64,000 bases of DNA from an uncultured virus (IMG/VR IMGVR_UViG_3300023184_000097) (IMGVR_UViG_3300023184_000097), one strand, 5' to 3'; positions 1 through 10,439 are shown, counted from the stretch's first letter. Notes: a model not told the origin generated them from the letters alone. Translations and numbers: made by a program.

Positions 1-635
1 TATAATGTGTCCTTCTTCATCAAACTCTGGGTTAGTATCCTCTATTCTAGATTCAACGTTTTCGTCCGAGAAGTATTCTTCGATTCCAGATACTATTCTT
101 TTTGCTATCTGGTCTATGTGGGCTGCGAACTTTTCCTCAGCGTTATTCCATATATCCTTTAGCACTTCGTGGCGAGGGTCTTCACTCATATATGGGATTT
201 CTATTTCAATGCTTGTCCTGCCATTCCTAATGCTTGACCCGCCATTCCAGTCCATAACCGATACGAAATGGTCTTGGAATATTTCGGGGATACCCAACCA
301 AGTTTTAAACATTGTATCATTTGTTATCTCTAACGCATCTGCGATTTGAACTGTTTCAAAGTAGTCATCAAACAATATACCCTTTCTTTTATTTTTGAAA
401 ACGAATTGGCTCCCGTTACGATCGTAATAGTCTTCTCCAAAAAGAGCCGCCATTTCTGCGTGGGGTGGTTCGAATAGAGAGCAATCATCAATAGCCCAGT
501 CATAGGCACATTGTGTTTCATGCTCTCTCATTTCTTCCCTCTCCTCTTCTATAGCTATTGCCTTAGCAGATTGAGAAAGTTCTTTGTAATTTAATAGTGT
601 TATTGTTCTCATATAGCTGTTGATTGATTATAAGG

Positions 636-667
636 CAAAGATAAGATTCTATGTTGGGATAAAAAAA
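636..667 (-). promoter_or_regulatory. Putative early promoter (Bacteroidota-type -7 TAnnTTTG plus upstream T-rich TTTTTTATCCC element)
   Basis: Minus strand reads TTTTTTTATCCC...TATCTTTG; the same architecture recurs about 10 times upstream of minus-strand gene blocks. Confidence 0.65.
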
Positions 668-1267
668 TAAATTTGGAACTTTTTTTAAATAATTAAATCC
701 GTTCCTGATTCTTCTATCATAGATATTCTAAGCTTAAGCTCTTCTATTTGTGAATCCCACTCTCTAATAGCAGCACCCTTCTTCTGAACCAAATCAATAT
801 GACTATAATATGGTCTTAGTTTACCAAGCCAACCCGCTAAATCTTTTTCATCCATATTATACTCGTCTTTTTGTACTAATCCCGTATGCTGTCCTGCCTT
901 TAACTAAAAGTCTTTCGTACTCAGCCACACCCATGGAACGGCGGAGACTAATTTTCTTCTTACGCAGGGCCTTAACCAAGTTCCATTTCTTTAACGGATC
1001 CTTTTCCAAATTAAATTCCAAATTCAAAATAATGATCTCGCTAAAATCACATCTTTGTTTCTCTGTCATTTTTTTTATTTTAGTTAAACTTCACATTCAT
1101 TTTTTCATTCAAATTCAAAATTAAAATAAAAACCCGGGAATAAAAAACGTTTCGTAATAAAAATAATTTTTATGTGTTTTTTTTAAGATGAACCCATACA
1201 CATAAAAAACCGCGGGAACGTTGACCGCGGTTTCTGGATGTTTTCAAGCCTAAGTCCTCTAGAACTA

Positions 1268-1552
1268 CTACTCCATTCTTTTATAGTAGTCCTTATCCTT
1301 ATCCCCCTTCTTGAATGCCTTAAACCTCTTCAGCTTTTTAATGACGTCATTCTGCTCCGAAGTTGGGCTATCTTTATAAAGCCATTGGAAGAAAAGGAAT
1401 GAGATCAACACGAAAATGGGTCGGCAAACTGCTGGCCACTTTAAGGGGTTCATTTCCATGGATGCCAGGGAGATACAGCCGCCAGATAGAAAGACAGCGA
1501 TAGCAAGGTACCCTAATACCCTCTTTACTCTTTTTGGTAATGGATTGTTCAT
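1268..1552 (-). CDS. Hypothetical membrane protein
   Basis: 94 aa with two hydrophobic segments; hairpin AAACCGCGG..CCGCGGTTT downstream at about 1206-1233. Confidence 0.55.
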   Translation of the reverse strand: MNNPLPKRVKRVLGYLAIAVFLSGGCISLASMEMNPLKWPAVCRPIFVLISFLFFQWLYKDSPTSEQNDVIKKLKRFKAFKKGDKDKDYYKRME

Positions 1553-2394
1553 GCGATTGTGATTTGAGATTCATATATTATAGCGCACAATCAGGAAAAG
1601 AATTCGGGTGTGTGGAGAGTATCTTACTAACATACTATGTTTACTGGGATATGACTATTGTGAAGCTTTAGCCGTCCGGTTGGGAACGCGGGCTCACAAT
1701 TAACACTGGAAATATTTTTTATTTCCGGGGTTAGGCCCTATATTTGTACTGGTGGGGTTAACTTAACCCCTATTAGCCTAAGCCCCAGTAATCACTTAGT
1801 GAGATGGGTGGTCTTTTTGTGCCCGGCCAGCTTATGTTCTGTGTTCACCCATCTCTAGCCCTATCCAGCTTCATGCACTCATATGACCTAAGTGGACGGG
1901 GGTTTTCACCCCAGATACCCCACCATCCCCGCCCTCCAAATAGATATCACTAATAAGGTTCCGTCTCTTATAGATAGAGAGTAGACGTAGAGAAAGGCTA
2001 AGTGAGATGCTAAGAGATAAGCTATAGATGCTGTGACCGAGGCGAGGTGAAGGTATCCCAGCCCTAAAAGGTGCATATGATACGGTATTTCGGGGCGGAG
2101 ATTTGGAATCTGAGTCAGGGCGGAGGGTTCTGGGATACGTTTCCCACATTTTCCCACATTTTCCCACTTTATCCCACGATTTTTTAAGATTCTAATAGAT
2201 TCTAATAATTTTTCTAGGACCGTGGGAATCCGGGTGGGGTTGGGGCGAGCCGGATGGGTGATCGGGGAAATCTTAGAAACCGAGTCAACCCCACCCTGGG
2301 TGGAAGCTCAGCCCTCTAGAGGGGTTGCCAAGAGGGCCTAGATTTCGCATAGCCGTCCGGGTAGTATCTTACTAACATACTATGTTCTGCTGTC

Positions 2395-2440
2395 TTGGAT
2401 CCCTAGGGTTGGATCCCTAGGGTTGGATCCCTAGGGTTGG
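2395..2440. repeat. Tandem 14-bp repeat (TTGGATCCCTAGGG)x3
   Basis: Read directly; unit contains palindromes GGATCC and CCCTAGGG. Confidence 0.95.
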
Positions 2441-2488
2441 GGTAGACTACGCCCTATGATCTCTTATAGAATTGGTGTGTGTTGTTGC

Positions 2489-2875
2489 CTATAGGGTTAC
2501 CTTGCTCCAGGTGCCATCTGAGTTTAGTGTGCCAGAGTATAGGTACTTCTTGCTCCACTCTCTGGGCGATATAAGACTAAGGAACAGTTCACCATCTGGC
2601 TTCTCATATAGATGATAGACTTCACCCATGACTGGTTCGAATGATCTGGTTGCCGAGTAAAGTTCTAGATTAAGCACATAGTCTTCCTGTAGGGTCTTTA
2701 CTATCATGCTTATCTCGTCTGCTCTCTTCTGTAGAGACTTTGTCACCTTTTGTGCCTGTAGTTGATTAAATACTGACAGGTCTACTGGTTCTATCTTAGG
2801 TGCTCCTACATGGTGTGGGTAGCTCATTAGATTAGGCTTTAGATTAATCCTGTCTGTCTGTGATGATGTGCTCAT
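2489..2875 (-). CDS. DUF2452-like protein
   Basis: YPHHVGAPKI and FEPVMGEVYHLYE...FLSLISPREW motifs typical of the Bacteroidota DUF2452 family. Confidence 0.7.
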   Translation of the reverse strand: MSTSSQTDRINLKPNLMSYPHHVGAPKIEPVDLSVFNQLQAQKVTKSLQKRADEISMIVKTLQEDYVLNLELYSATRSFEPVMGEVYHLYEKPDGELFLSLISPREWSKKYLYSGTLNSDGTWSKVTL

Positions 2876-3038
2876 GCTCTCTATCTTGATTAAGTGTGAT
2901 CTATCTATCTACTCTTATAAGAGACGGAACACGTGTTGTGGCTATTTGGAGGCCGGGCCTGGTTGGGAATAAAGGCCGAAAAGGCCCATTGGTTACTTGA
3001 TGCTGAATTGGGGTAAGTCTTTATAAGCTGTGTCTTCT

Positions 3039-3620
3039 CTAAACGAGAGCATCTAAATAATCGAAAAGGAGTTTGACGTCTGGAATGGTCTGTGCTTTCT
3101 GTGCCAGACTCTTGCCTAAATCTGAGAATGAGTTTCTGGTATCTATTGGATCTTGGATGCCAAAGACTGAAATCATCTTGTCATTTATAAAGAACTTCTC
3201 CCCTTTGGAATCGCCCTTGCCCACGAAGTTGGGGTTGATGTAGACCTCGAACTCGCTCGTCCCCATTGGCAGGATTGTTTTTTCGAATCTGATTACCTGA
3301 ACGAGTATGTTCACATTGCTTCTCTTGTCCTTTATCTTGTAGCCATACACCAGTCCATAATAGAGATGCTTCCACTCCTCATAGTCTGCTTCACCGGAAG
3401 GCCAAAGATGACTATTCAGTTTATAGACACTCTTCAGAGGGTCGAAGAACTCCTTCTCACTAAGCCCTTTGACGTACATGATATCTGCACCAACCGTTAG
3501 GTTTGGTGACCATAGATAATTAAACCTCTGCACATAGTCTGAAGCCCGTAATATCTCAAAAAGCAACTCCTTAAGGTCATTCGTATCCGAGTAGTCCTCA
3601 TATAGTTTTAAATGTTTCAT
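3039..3620 (-). CDS. Hypothetical protein with MKHLKLYE N-terminal motif (putative virion internal protein)
   Basis: 193-aa ORF; N-terminal motif shared with many ORFs in the window. Confidence 0.6.
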   Translation of the reverse strand: MKHLKLYEDYSDTNDLKELLFEILRASDYVQRFNYLWSPNLTVGADIMYVKGLSEKEFFDPLKSVYKLNSHLWPSGEADYEEWKHLYYGLVYGYKIKDKRSNVNILVQVIRFEKTILPMGTSEFEVYINPNFVGKGDSKGEKFFINDKMISVFGIQDPIDTRNSFSDLGKSLAQKAQTIPDVKLLFDYLDALV

Positions 3621-3803
3621 TATGTTATATATTTATTTGGTGTGAGTGTTCTGGTTCACTATCTTCCCATAGTAGACGGAATATATGTTATATCTATTTG
3701 GAGGCGGGCCCATCTGGTGAAAAAGGTCCAAAAGGCCCAAAAGGCCCCATTTCATTTTTTATCTCCGGGGATTGTGTTTATATTTGGCCGGATATATAAC
3801 AGC

Positions 3804-4484
3804 ATGAGACATGTAAAACTATTCGAGGCCTTTAGCGCCTCTACATCCCCTACCGAAGACCAGATTGGATGGCTTAATAGCTGCACAGCAGGAAGCTGGA
3901 AGCTGAATCACGCAACAGGACTAATCGATGTAGATGGCGGTTTTTATTGTGGCCAACAAGATCTGACAGACTTTAAGGGTGTTGCATTTGGACATGTTAG
4001 GGGGTATTTCTCTTGTAACTTTAATCAGCTCACAAGTCTTGAAGGAGCGCCTCAGACAGTTGGTTTGTATTTCCGTTGCGATAATAATGAACTCACAAGT
4101 CTGGAAGGATCCCCTCTGACCGTTAACGGGAATTTCTACTGTCACGACAATGAACTCACAAGTCTGGAAGGAGCAGCACCTCTGACCGTTGGTGGGGGTT
4201 TCAATTGCGACGACAACCAGCTCACAAGTCTTGAAGGAGCACCTCAGACAGTTAGAATGAATTTCAATTGTCACAACAATCCAGTATCAGAAGAAACATT
4301 ATCATCTATTTTTTCACTAATGAAGAAAGGAAAGAGCTATCAACAAGCTTTAGAAAAATGTTGGCCCAATATGAATAATGAGGATAGAGCTCTAATGTAT
4401 AAACAAATGCCTAATCTGCCACCAGAAGAGGTCAGAAAATATCAGGCGTTGGCTAGGGTTAGCAGAATAAAAGGTTATTTATAA
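3804..4484 (+). CDS. LRR-like 21-aa repeat protein, paralog A (4 repeats)
   Basis: LTSLEGAPQTVxxxFxCxxNQ repeats; start moved to MRHVKLFE just after GATATATA (3791). Confidence 0.85.
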   Translation: MRHVKLFEAFSASTSPTEDQIGWLNSCTAGSWKLNHATGLIDVDGGFYCGQQDLTDFKGVAFGHVRGYFSCNFNQLTSLEGAPQTVGLYFRCDNNELTSLEGSPLTVNGNFYCHDNELTSLEGAAPLTVGGGFNCDDNQLTSLEGAPQTVRMNFNCHNNPVSEETLSSIFSLMKKGKSYQQALEKCWPNMNNEDRALMYKQMPNLPPEEVRKYQALARVSRIKGYL

Positions 4485-5371
4485 TGAGATATTTAAAAAC
4501 ATATCGGGTATTTGAATCCAGTGCGGCAACTGAACTAGCTGCACCAACCCTTACAGAAGACCAGATTGGATGGCTTAATAGCTGCACAGCAGGAAGCTGG
4601 AAACTTAATCCCACTACAAGACTTATTGATGTGGATGGTGATTTCGATTGCTCGTCCAAAAGTCTAACAGATCTTAAAGGGATTAAGTTCGGGGAGGTGA
4701 GCGGGGGTTTCTATTGTTACCACAATCAGCTTACTAGCCTGGTGGGAGCACCTCAGACTGTTGACGGGTGTTTCTATTGTGAGAACAATCAGCTTACTAG
4801 CCTGGTGGGAGCACCTCAGACTGTTGACGGGAGTTTCGATTGTCACAACAATCAGCTCACCAGCCTGAAGGGAGCACCTCAGACTGTTGACGGGAGTTTC
4901 TCTTGTGAGAACAATCAGCTCACCAGCCTGGTGGGTGCACCTCAGAGCGTTGGCGGTAGTTTCTATTGTAACAATAATCAGCTCACCAGCCTGGAGGGAG
5001 CACCTCAGACTGTTGACGGGAGTTTCTCTTGTGAGAACAATCAGCTCACCAGCCTGGTGGGAGCACCTCAGACCGTTGTGAGGGACTTCTCTTGTGAGAA
5101 CAATCAGCTCACCAGTCTGAAGGGAGCACCTCAGAGCGTTGGCGGGAGTTTCTCTTGTAACGGTAATCCGGTATCTAAAGAAACATTAACATCTATTTTT
5201 GCACTAATGAAGAAAGGAAAGAGCTATCAGCAAGCTTTAGAAGAGCACTGGCCTAAAATGAATAGTGATGATAGAGCTCTAATGTATAAAGATCTTAAAG
5301 ATCTAACACCGGAGGAGGTCAGAAAATATCAGGCGTTGGCCACAGTTAACAGAATAAAAAACTATTTATAA
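4484..5371 (+). CDS. LRR-like 21-aa repeat protein, paralog B (7 repeats)
   Basis: 63-bp DNA repeats; TAATG stop/start overlap with the previous gene. Confidence 0.9.
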   Translation: MRYLKTYRVFESSAATELAAPTLTEDQIGWLNSCTAGSWKLNPTTRLIDVDGDFDCSSKSLTDLKGIKFGEVSGGFYCYHNQLTSLVGAPQTVDGCFYCENNQLTSLVGAPQTVDGSFDCHNNQLTSLKGAPQTVDGSFSCENNQLTSLVGAPQSVGGSFYCNNNQLTSLEGAPQTVDGSFSCENNQLTSLVGAPQTVVRDFSCENNQLTSLKGAPQSVGGSFSCNGNPVSKETLTSIFALMKKGKSYQQALEEHWPKMNSDDRALMYKDLKDLTPEEVRKYQALATVNRIKNYL

Positions 5372-5372
5372 A

Positions 5373-6050
5373 ATGAAGTATGTAAAATTATTTGAAGACT
5401 TTAGTTCTCAAGAAACCCTTACCGAAGACCAGATTGAGTGGTTAGATAGATGTGCAAAAAGAGGATGGAATCTGAATCAGTCAACAGGACTTGTTGATGT
5501 GAATGGTGATTTCAGTTGTGTACAACAAAATTTAACAGACTTTAAGGGTGTTGCATTTGGTCATGTTAAAGGATATTTCGACTGTCACGTAAATCGACTC
5601 ACAAGTCTTGAAGGAGCACCTCAGACCGTTGGTTTGGATTTCAATTGTAACAATAATCAGCTCACCAGTCTTGATGGAGCACCTCAGACCGTTGTGAGGG
5701 ATTTCTCTTGTAGAAATAATCAACTCACAAGTCTGGAAGGAGCACCTCAGACCGTTAACTGGGATTTCTATTGCGACAACAATCTCCTCACCAGCCTGGA
5801 GGGAGCACCTCAGAGCGTTGTGGGGGGTTTCTCTTGTCACGACAATCCGGTATCAGAAGAAACATTATCATCTATTTTTGCACTAATGAAGAAAGGAAAG
5901 AGCTATCAACAGGCTTTAGAAGAGCACTGGCCTAAAATGAATAGTGAGGATAGAGCTCTAATGTATAAACAAATGCCTAATCTGCCACCAGAAGAGGTCA
6001 GAAAATATCAGGCGTTGGCCACAGTTAGCAGAATAAAAGGTTATTTATGA
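5373..6050 (+). CDS. LRR-like 21-aa repeat protein, paralog C (4 repeats)
   Basis: Same repeat and same C-terminal cap as paralogs A and B. Confidence 0.9.
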   Translation: MKYVKLFEDFSSQETLTEDQIEWLDRCAKRGWNLNQSTGLVDVNGDFSCVQQNLTDFKGVAFGHVKGYFDCHVNRLTSLEGAPQTVGLDFNCNNNQLTSLDGAPQTVVRDFSCRNNQLTSLEGAPQTVNWDFYCDNNLLTSLEGAPQSVVGGFSCHDNPVSEETLSSIFALMKKGKSYQQALEEHWPKMNSEDRALMYKQMPNLPPEEVRKYQALATVSRIKGYL

Positions 6051-6083
6051 TATATATAGGACAATTAAAAAAAACATAATAAA

Positions 6084-6779
6084 ATGAAAAATCTAAAAAT
6101 GATTACCATTTGCCTCTTTGCATCTCTACTTATAGCTGGATGCTCAGATTCTAAACAAAAAGTGCAAGTTGCCCAAGAGAACGAGGCTAAAGCACTTAAA
6201 ATTCACGAAGGGACTTTTGCTTTTTGCGGAGCATCTGCTGCAGTGCCTACTGGCAAGAAGATTGTTATTCAAGGCGTGGAGTACGATGAAGGTTGTGCTA
6301 TCTGCCCAGTTCTAACCGGACCTTCCATCTCCAATCTAGCCATGTATGGCAGCGGAGGTACTTGGGGAGATTTTAATGTGGCGTCCAACTTTCAAACTCC
6401 AGACGGAACAGATAAAACAATCTGGAGCCTATTCTGGTACTTCGACACCACTACAACTATTCCTCAGTTCAACCCTGCAACTAAGAGCTGGGAATTATTA
6501 GCACCAGTGAATAGATCTTTTGTGATCAATTTAGATTCGTCAGCTACATCTGAGAGCAATATGTTTGCAATGCCTGGTATTATTTTCGATACAACATCTA
6601 CAGGCATAGTGTTGGCTAAAGTGTATGGTCCATTAAATGAAGCAGCAGTCCCATTACGTGTGGCTGTCCCAGTTAAGAATGGGCAAACTTCAGTAACTGC
6701 AGCTAAAGAGGGATCACCTTACCCAGTTGGAACTCCAGTTCCTGTTTCTGAGTACAGTAAAGAACTACAAAAAAAGTAA
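6084..6779 (+). CDS. Putative lipoprotein
   Basis: Signal peptide with lipobox-like LIAG-C. Confidence 0.65.
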   Translation: MKNLKMITICLFASLLIAGCSDSKQKVQVAQENEAKALKIHEGTFAFCGASAAVPTGKKIVIQGVEYDEGCAICPVLTGPSISNLAMYGSGGTWGDFNVASNFQTPDGTDKTIWSLFWYFDTTTTIPQFNPATKSWELLAPVNRSFVINLDSSATSESNMFAMPGIIFDTTSTGIVLAKVYGPLNEAAVPLRVAVPVKNGQTSVTAAKEGSPYPVGTPVPVSEYSKELQKK

Positions 6780-6812
6780 ATCCTATTTGGATATAGAACA
6801 TAAAACAATAAC

Positions 6813-7238
6813 ATGAAACACGTAAAATTATTTGAAAGCTGGCACAAAGTTGAAGTATGCAAAGACTGTAAGGGTACAGGATATGTTGGGCTATCTAAAA
6901 AAGAATCCATTGAAAATATGATAAAAAATGGAACAACGAAACAATTTCTTGACTATATTGATGATGGTGATTTTGTAGAAAATGCAGCAGATTTATTCAA
7001 GGAAAAAGGAGTATATACTCTTGAATTAGCTAAGATGGTTGCTGCTCTTAAATTTACCCGTGAACAGATGCAGGACATAATAAAAACAACAGAATATGGT
7101 TTTGAACAGTTTGAGTACATTTTAAAGCTTGATTCAGAAGAAAATCTTCTGTATTTAAAGCACGGTGATAAGCTGACTAGGATTAAAAACGTACTTAAAA
7201 ATAAAGCTGAAATATTAGCTATATTAAGAGGAAGATAA
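6813..7238 (+). CDS. Hypothetical protein (MKHVKLFE motif, CxxCxGxG)
   Basis: ORF track; single DnaJ-like CKDCKGTG motif. Confidence 0.6.
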   Translation: MKHVKLFESWHKVEVCKDCKGTGYVGLSKKESIENMIKNGTTKQFLDYIDDGDFVENAADLFKEKGVYTLELAKMVAALKFTREQMQDIIKTTEYGFEQFEYILKLDSEENLLYLKHGDKLTRIKNVLKNKAEILAILRGR

Positions 7239-7262
7239 ACACACTTACTTAAAAATAAATTA

Positions 7263-7289
7263 AAGCAGGCAACAGTCTGCTTTTTTTTT
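7263..7289 (+). terminator. Rho-independent terminator
   Basis: AAAGCAGGC-AACA-GTCTGCTTT followed by a T-run, between convergent genes. Confidence 0.7.
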
Positions 7290-7294
7290 GTGGT

Positions 7295-7876
7295 CTAAGC
7301 TTTAATATTGAAGTACGCTAGATCAGCAGGAGTTGCTTGATTGATTGGCATCACCTTAGATACTGGCGAACCTGGATGGAAACTTCTGATAAGACCATTT
7401 GGTTCCTGTTTATATTCCACCGCCATGAGTCCGATAGCAGGTTTTTTATAGCTGCTGAATGCTAGAGCTTTATCTGCTTTGTCAGGATTTAATTTGCTGT
7501 ATGTTGGGAATGCATCGGAGTATGTTGCTGGACTCCATTTACCTTCTTTGTATATGACCCACACCTGTTTATCGTTCTGAGTCTTGGATAAAGATATTTT
7601 GTATCCTTTATCTAATAAATGTTCATATGACATCATTGAATCTATATCATCTTGTGGTACAAACATGCTGTACGGATACCATTCTTTTAATCCAGAATCT
7701 TCACCACCTGTATTGGCGTGTGAAGATTTCCACCTCTTGGTCTCTCCCTTTTCCGATAACAAATACTTTGAACCTTGAGCTGTCTCAAAGTAGGTTGTAA
7801 TAGGTGATAATGTAGGTGACACCAGCTTCTTTGTGCTGTTGTTCTCGTATAGATGATATGGTGAAATGTGTTTCAT
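7295..7876 (-). CDS. Hypothetical protein
   Basis: 193-aa ORF preceded by GATATATA on minus (7884-7891). Confidence 0.6.
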   Translation of the reverse strand: MKHISPYHLYENNSTKKLVSPTLSPITTYFETAQGSKYLLSEKGETKRWKSSHANTGGEDSGLKEWYPYSMFVPQDDIDSMMSYEHLLDKGYKISLSKTQNDKQVWVIYKEGKWSPATYSDAFPTYSKLNPDKADKALAFSSYKKPAIGLMAVEYKQEPNGLIRSFHPGSPVSKVMPINQATPADLAYFNIKA

Positions 7877-8202
7877 TGTGCTCTATATATCATGTAAGCC
7901 TACTGCCTATTTCTATTATAGGATTTAGATACCCCTTAAATTCTTACATAATAACATAATGAACTACACAAGAGCTATTTGCTCGGGAAGAAGAATTTAT
8001 TAAGATGCTAGATGATATTAAAGCTGAAGCATATAAATGCAGAACGACTAATAATACTACTAGACCTAGTAGAATGGAGAAAGCAGGGCGAGATACTATT
8101 ATGAAAATTGAAAAAATACAGATTCCAGAAACAAAGACCGATATTTCCCCTATACTTATGAAGATTGAAAAAATGAAGAATGAACTACACATTAGCTAAA
8201 GA

Positions 8203-9381
8203 CTAATGTGTTTCAGGTTTCATAGGCTTATCTAACGACAACGCCTCCACCTGTTTTTGTTTTATATCCGACTCAATCCCTGAACCAGATAATGTTTTTA
8301 AACCTTGTTTTAATATATTTTTACTTGCATTAAAATCTCTATCATGTTTTTCGCCACATGAAGGACAAGTCCATTCTCTAATATTTAATGTTAAATCTTG
8401 GTTTATCCAACCACAATTAGAACACATTTTAGAAGATGGGAAAAATCTATCAATTTTAACAAATTGCTTATCATTCCATTCACATTTATATTCTAACATA
8501 GAATAGAATGTACCTAAACTAACATCACTCATTGCTTGTGCTAACTTATGATTTTTCATGATATTCTTTACAGCTAAATCCTCAACTGATATAATGTCGT
8601 GGTTTTTGACAATTTCCGTTGATACTTTATGTAAATAATCTTTTCTAACATTGGTTATTTTTTCATGAACAATAGCAAGTTTTTGCTTTTGTTTATTTCT
8701 TGATGAACTACCTTTAACTTTCTTTGATAGTTGTCTTTGATTATATTTTACTTTTTTTAAGTTCTTTTTAAGTGTTTTAATATTTTCGTATGTAGTTCCA
8801 TCACTTAATATGGCTAAATCTTTAATACCAGTATCTATACCAACTTCACTACCAGTTTTATCAAAAGGTTTATGATTTACTTCACAAGTAATTGATACAT
8901 AATATTTATCAGTTGTTGATTTAGATATAGTAGCAAACAATATTTCCCCATTAATTTCTCCGTGTAAATTAATTTTAATGCCACTTTTAAATTTAGGTAA
9001 AATTAATTCATTATTTTCCAATTTAACGAATTGAGGTATTTTAAAAGATTGTTTATCATATTTTGACTTAAATCTTGGAAATTTAGTTTGTTTTCTAAAA
9101 AATTTACCATAAGCAGTATCAAGATTTCTTAAAGATGATTGAAGTGATTGGCTATTAATTTCTTTTAACCAATTAAAGTTTTCATCTTTTTTAAATTGTG
9201 TTAAATCATTAGCATTATCATAATAATTAAGTGATTTTTTATCTTCAAGATATGTTTCTTTTCTTTTGTTTAGGTAATGATTGAAAACAAATCTACAAGC
9301 ACCAAAATGTTTAGCCATCAAGATTTCTTGATCTTTATTTGGATATATTCTAAACTTAAATGACTTAAATATTGTTTTCAT
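8203..9381 (-). CDS. tnpB: RNA-guided endonuclease TnpB
   Basis: N-terminal HTH (FKFRIYP), RuvC motifs GIDTGIKD / VEDL / DRDFNAS, zinc finger CSNCG...CPSCG. Confidence 0.95.
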   Translation of the reverse strand: MKTIFKSFKFRIYPNKDQEILMAKHFGACRFVFNHYLNKRKETYLEDKKSLNYYDNANDLTQFKKDENFNWLKEINSQSLQSSLRNLDTAYGKFFRKQTKFPRFKSKYDKQSFKIPQFVKLENNELILPKFKSGIKINLHGEINGEILFATISKSTTDKYYVSITCEVNHKPFDKTGSEVGIDTGIKDLAILSDGTTYENIKTLKKNLKKVKYNQRQLSKKVKGSSSRNKQKQKLAIVHEKITNVRKDYLHKVSTEIVKNHDIISVEDLAVKNIMKNHKLAQAMSDVSLGTFYSMLEYKCEWNDKQFVKIDRFFPSSKMCSNCGWINQDLTLNIREWTCPSCGEKHDRDFNASKNILKQGLKTLSGSGIESDIKQKQVEALSLDKPMKPETH

Positions 9382-9483
9382 ATAATGTATATATTAAACT
9401 TTAAAAGTCATTTTTTACATTTTTTAATTTTTTTGTAAATATTTCCATTCATTTTGAGAAACATTCACAAAAAATTAAAAATT

Positions 9484-9897
9484 ATGTCTAAAAATTCCAA
9501 TTACAATTCAACAAATCGTTCTAAACATTATTTAAAATGTCATTTAATCTTTGTATGTAAATACAGAAAGAAATTACTTGTTGGTCAGTTAAAAGATGAT
9601 ATGAAACAATTATTACTAAATATTGCTTCTAAATCAGATTTTGAAATAGAAGTCTTTGAAAGTGATATTGACCATATCCACTTTTTAATTAGATATATAC
9701 CAAGATTATCTATAACATCAATTGTTAGAAAGTTAAAACAAGAAAGCACATATCATATATGGCGTTCTCAACATAGAAATTATTTATACACTCAATTCTG
9801 GGTTGAAAAAACTTTCTGGTCTGATGGTTATTTTGTTTGTTCTATTGGAGAAGCAAATCCAAATACCATTAAACAATATATCCTTACTCAAGGTTAG
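9484..9897 (+). CDS. tnpA: IS200-like Y1 (HUH) transposase
   Basis: HLIFVCKYRK, DHIHFL (HUH), FWSDGYF, IKQYI catalytic Tyr; ATG at 9484 preferred over TTG at 9454. Confidence 0.93.
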   Translation: MSKNSNYNSTNRSKHYLKCHLIFVCKYRKKLLVGQLKDDMKQLLLNIASKSDFEIEVFESDIDHIHFLIRYIPRLSITSIVRKLKQESTYHIWRSQHRNYLYTQFWVEKTFWSDGYFVCSIGEANPNTIKQYILTQG

Positions 9898-9979
9898 AAT
9901 GTTTTTGTCAAATTCATCACACAAGCTAAAGACTTGTGTGTTTTCTTTGACGGGTACTACAAAATTAGGAAAAATTAAT

Positions 9980-10435
9980 TTATTTTTTATCCGCCGGATA
10001 GATATCACCAATCCAACTAGGAACTTCATCTAAAACCTCCATCTTATCCGAATATCCATACTTCTTATAAGCCTTCAGTGGTAGAACTGAGTATTTTTCA
10101 TTTTTGTCTTTAGAAAACTGCTTGTGAGCAAAATCGAGTACAAGATCATCAACTATGATTGCTATATGTGGGTCTTTAGCTTTCTCTGTCTCAGGAAAGT
10201 AAACTATTCTAACTGGGGTTCTGTTATTTTCACACCATTGATAAAACTCCTGAACATACCAAGCACAGTTACCTTTCTTCTTATCGAACTCTTTACCAAC
10301 TCTTAGATCGTAGTTTTTTCCTAGATCTCTTAGAAATTGATCCGCAATATTTTCCACCCCTGGTTTGCTAACTTTAAAGCTGGTTGGCACCATTTGATTC
10401 TCGTAATCATCAAAGGTTCTAATAAATTTCATCAT
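9980..10435 (-). CDS. Hypothetical protein, possible papain/transglutaminase-like Cys-His-Asp triad
   Basis: GNCAWY...HIAI...LDF ordering. Confidence 0.45.
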   Translation of the reverse strand: MMKFIRTFDDYENQMVPTSFKVSKPGVENIADQFLRDLGKNYDLRVGKEFDKKKGNCAWYVQEFYQWCENNRTPVRIVYFPETEKAKDPHIAIIVDDLVLDFAHKQFSKDKNEKYSVLPLKAYKKYGYSDKMEVLDEVPSWIGDIYPADKK

Positions 10436-10439
10436 GCTT

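Larger units (their letters stand above)
1927..3710. repeat. Three copies of the bipartite motif AGACGGAA-N12-15-CTATTTGGAGG(C/G)0-1CGGG (1927-1966 on minus; 2922-2957 and 3674-3710 on plus)
   Basis: Direct alignment of the three copies. Confidence 0.75.
8181..9959 (-). mobile_element. IS200/IS605 family, IS605-group element (divergent tnpA and tnpB); ends approximate
   Basis: tnpA and tnpB plus subterminal hairpins CACATTAG-CTAAAGA-CTAATGTG (about 8188-8210) and CACACAAG-CTAAAGA-CTTGTGTG (9918-9940) sharing the same loop. Confidence 0.9.

Noticed and set aside
1871..2167. Overlapping ORFs of 98 and 83 aa
   Set aside because: Low-complexity translations of a repeat-rich region with non-ATG starts
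2395..2440. Mini-CRISPR
   Set aside because: Head-to-tail 14-bp units with no spacers
3921..5840. Antisense and alternate-frame repetitive ORFs (also 30795-31906)
   Set aside because: Shadows of the 63-bp repeat genes
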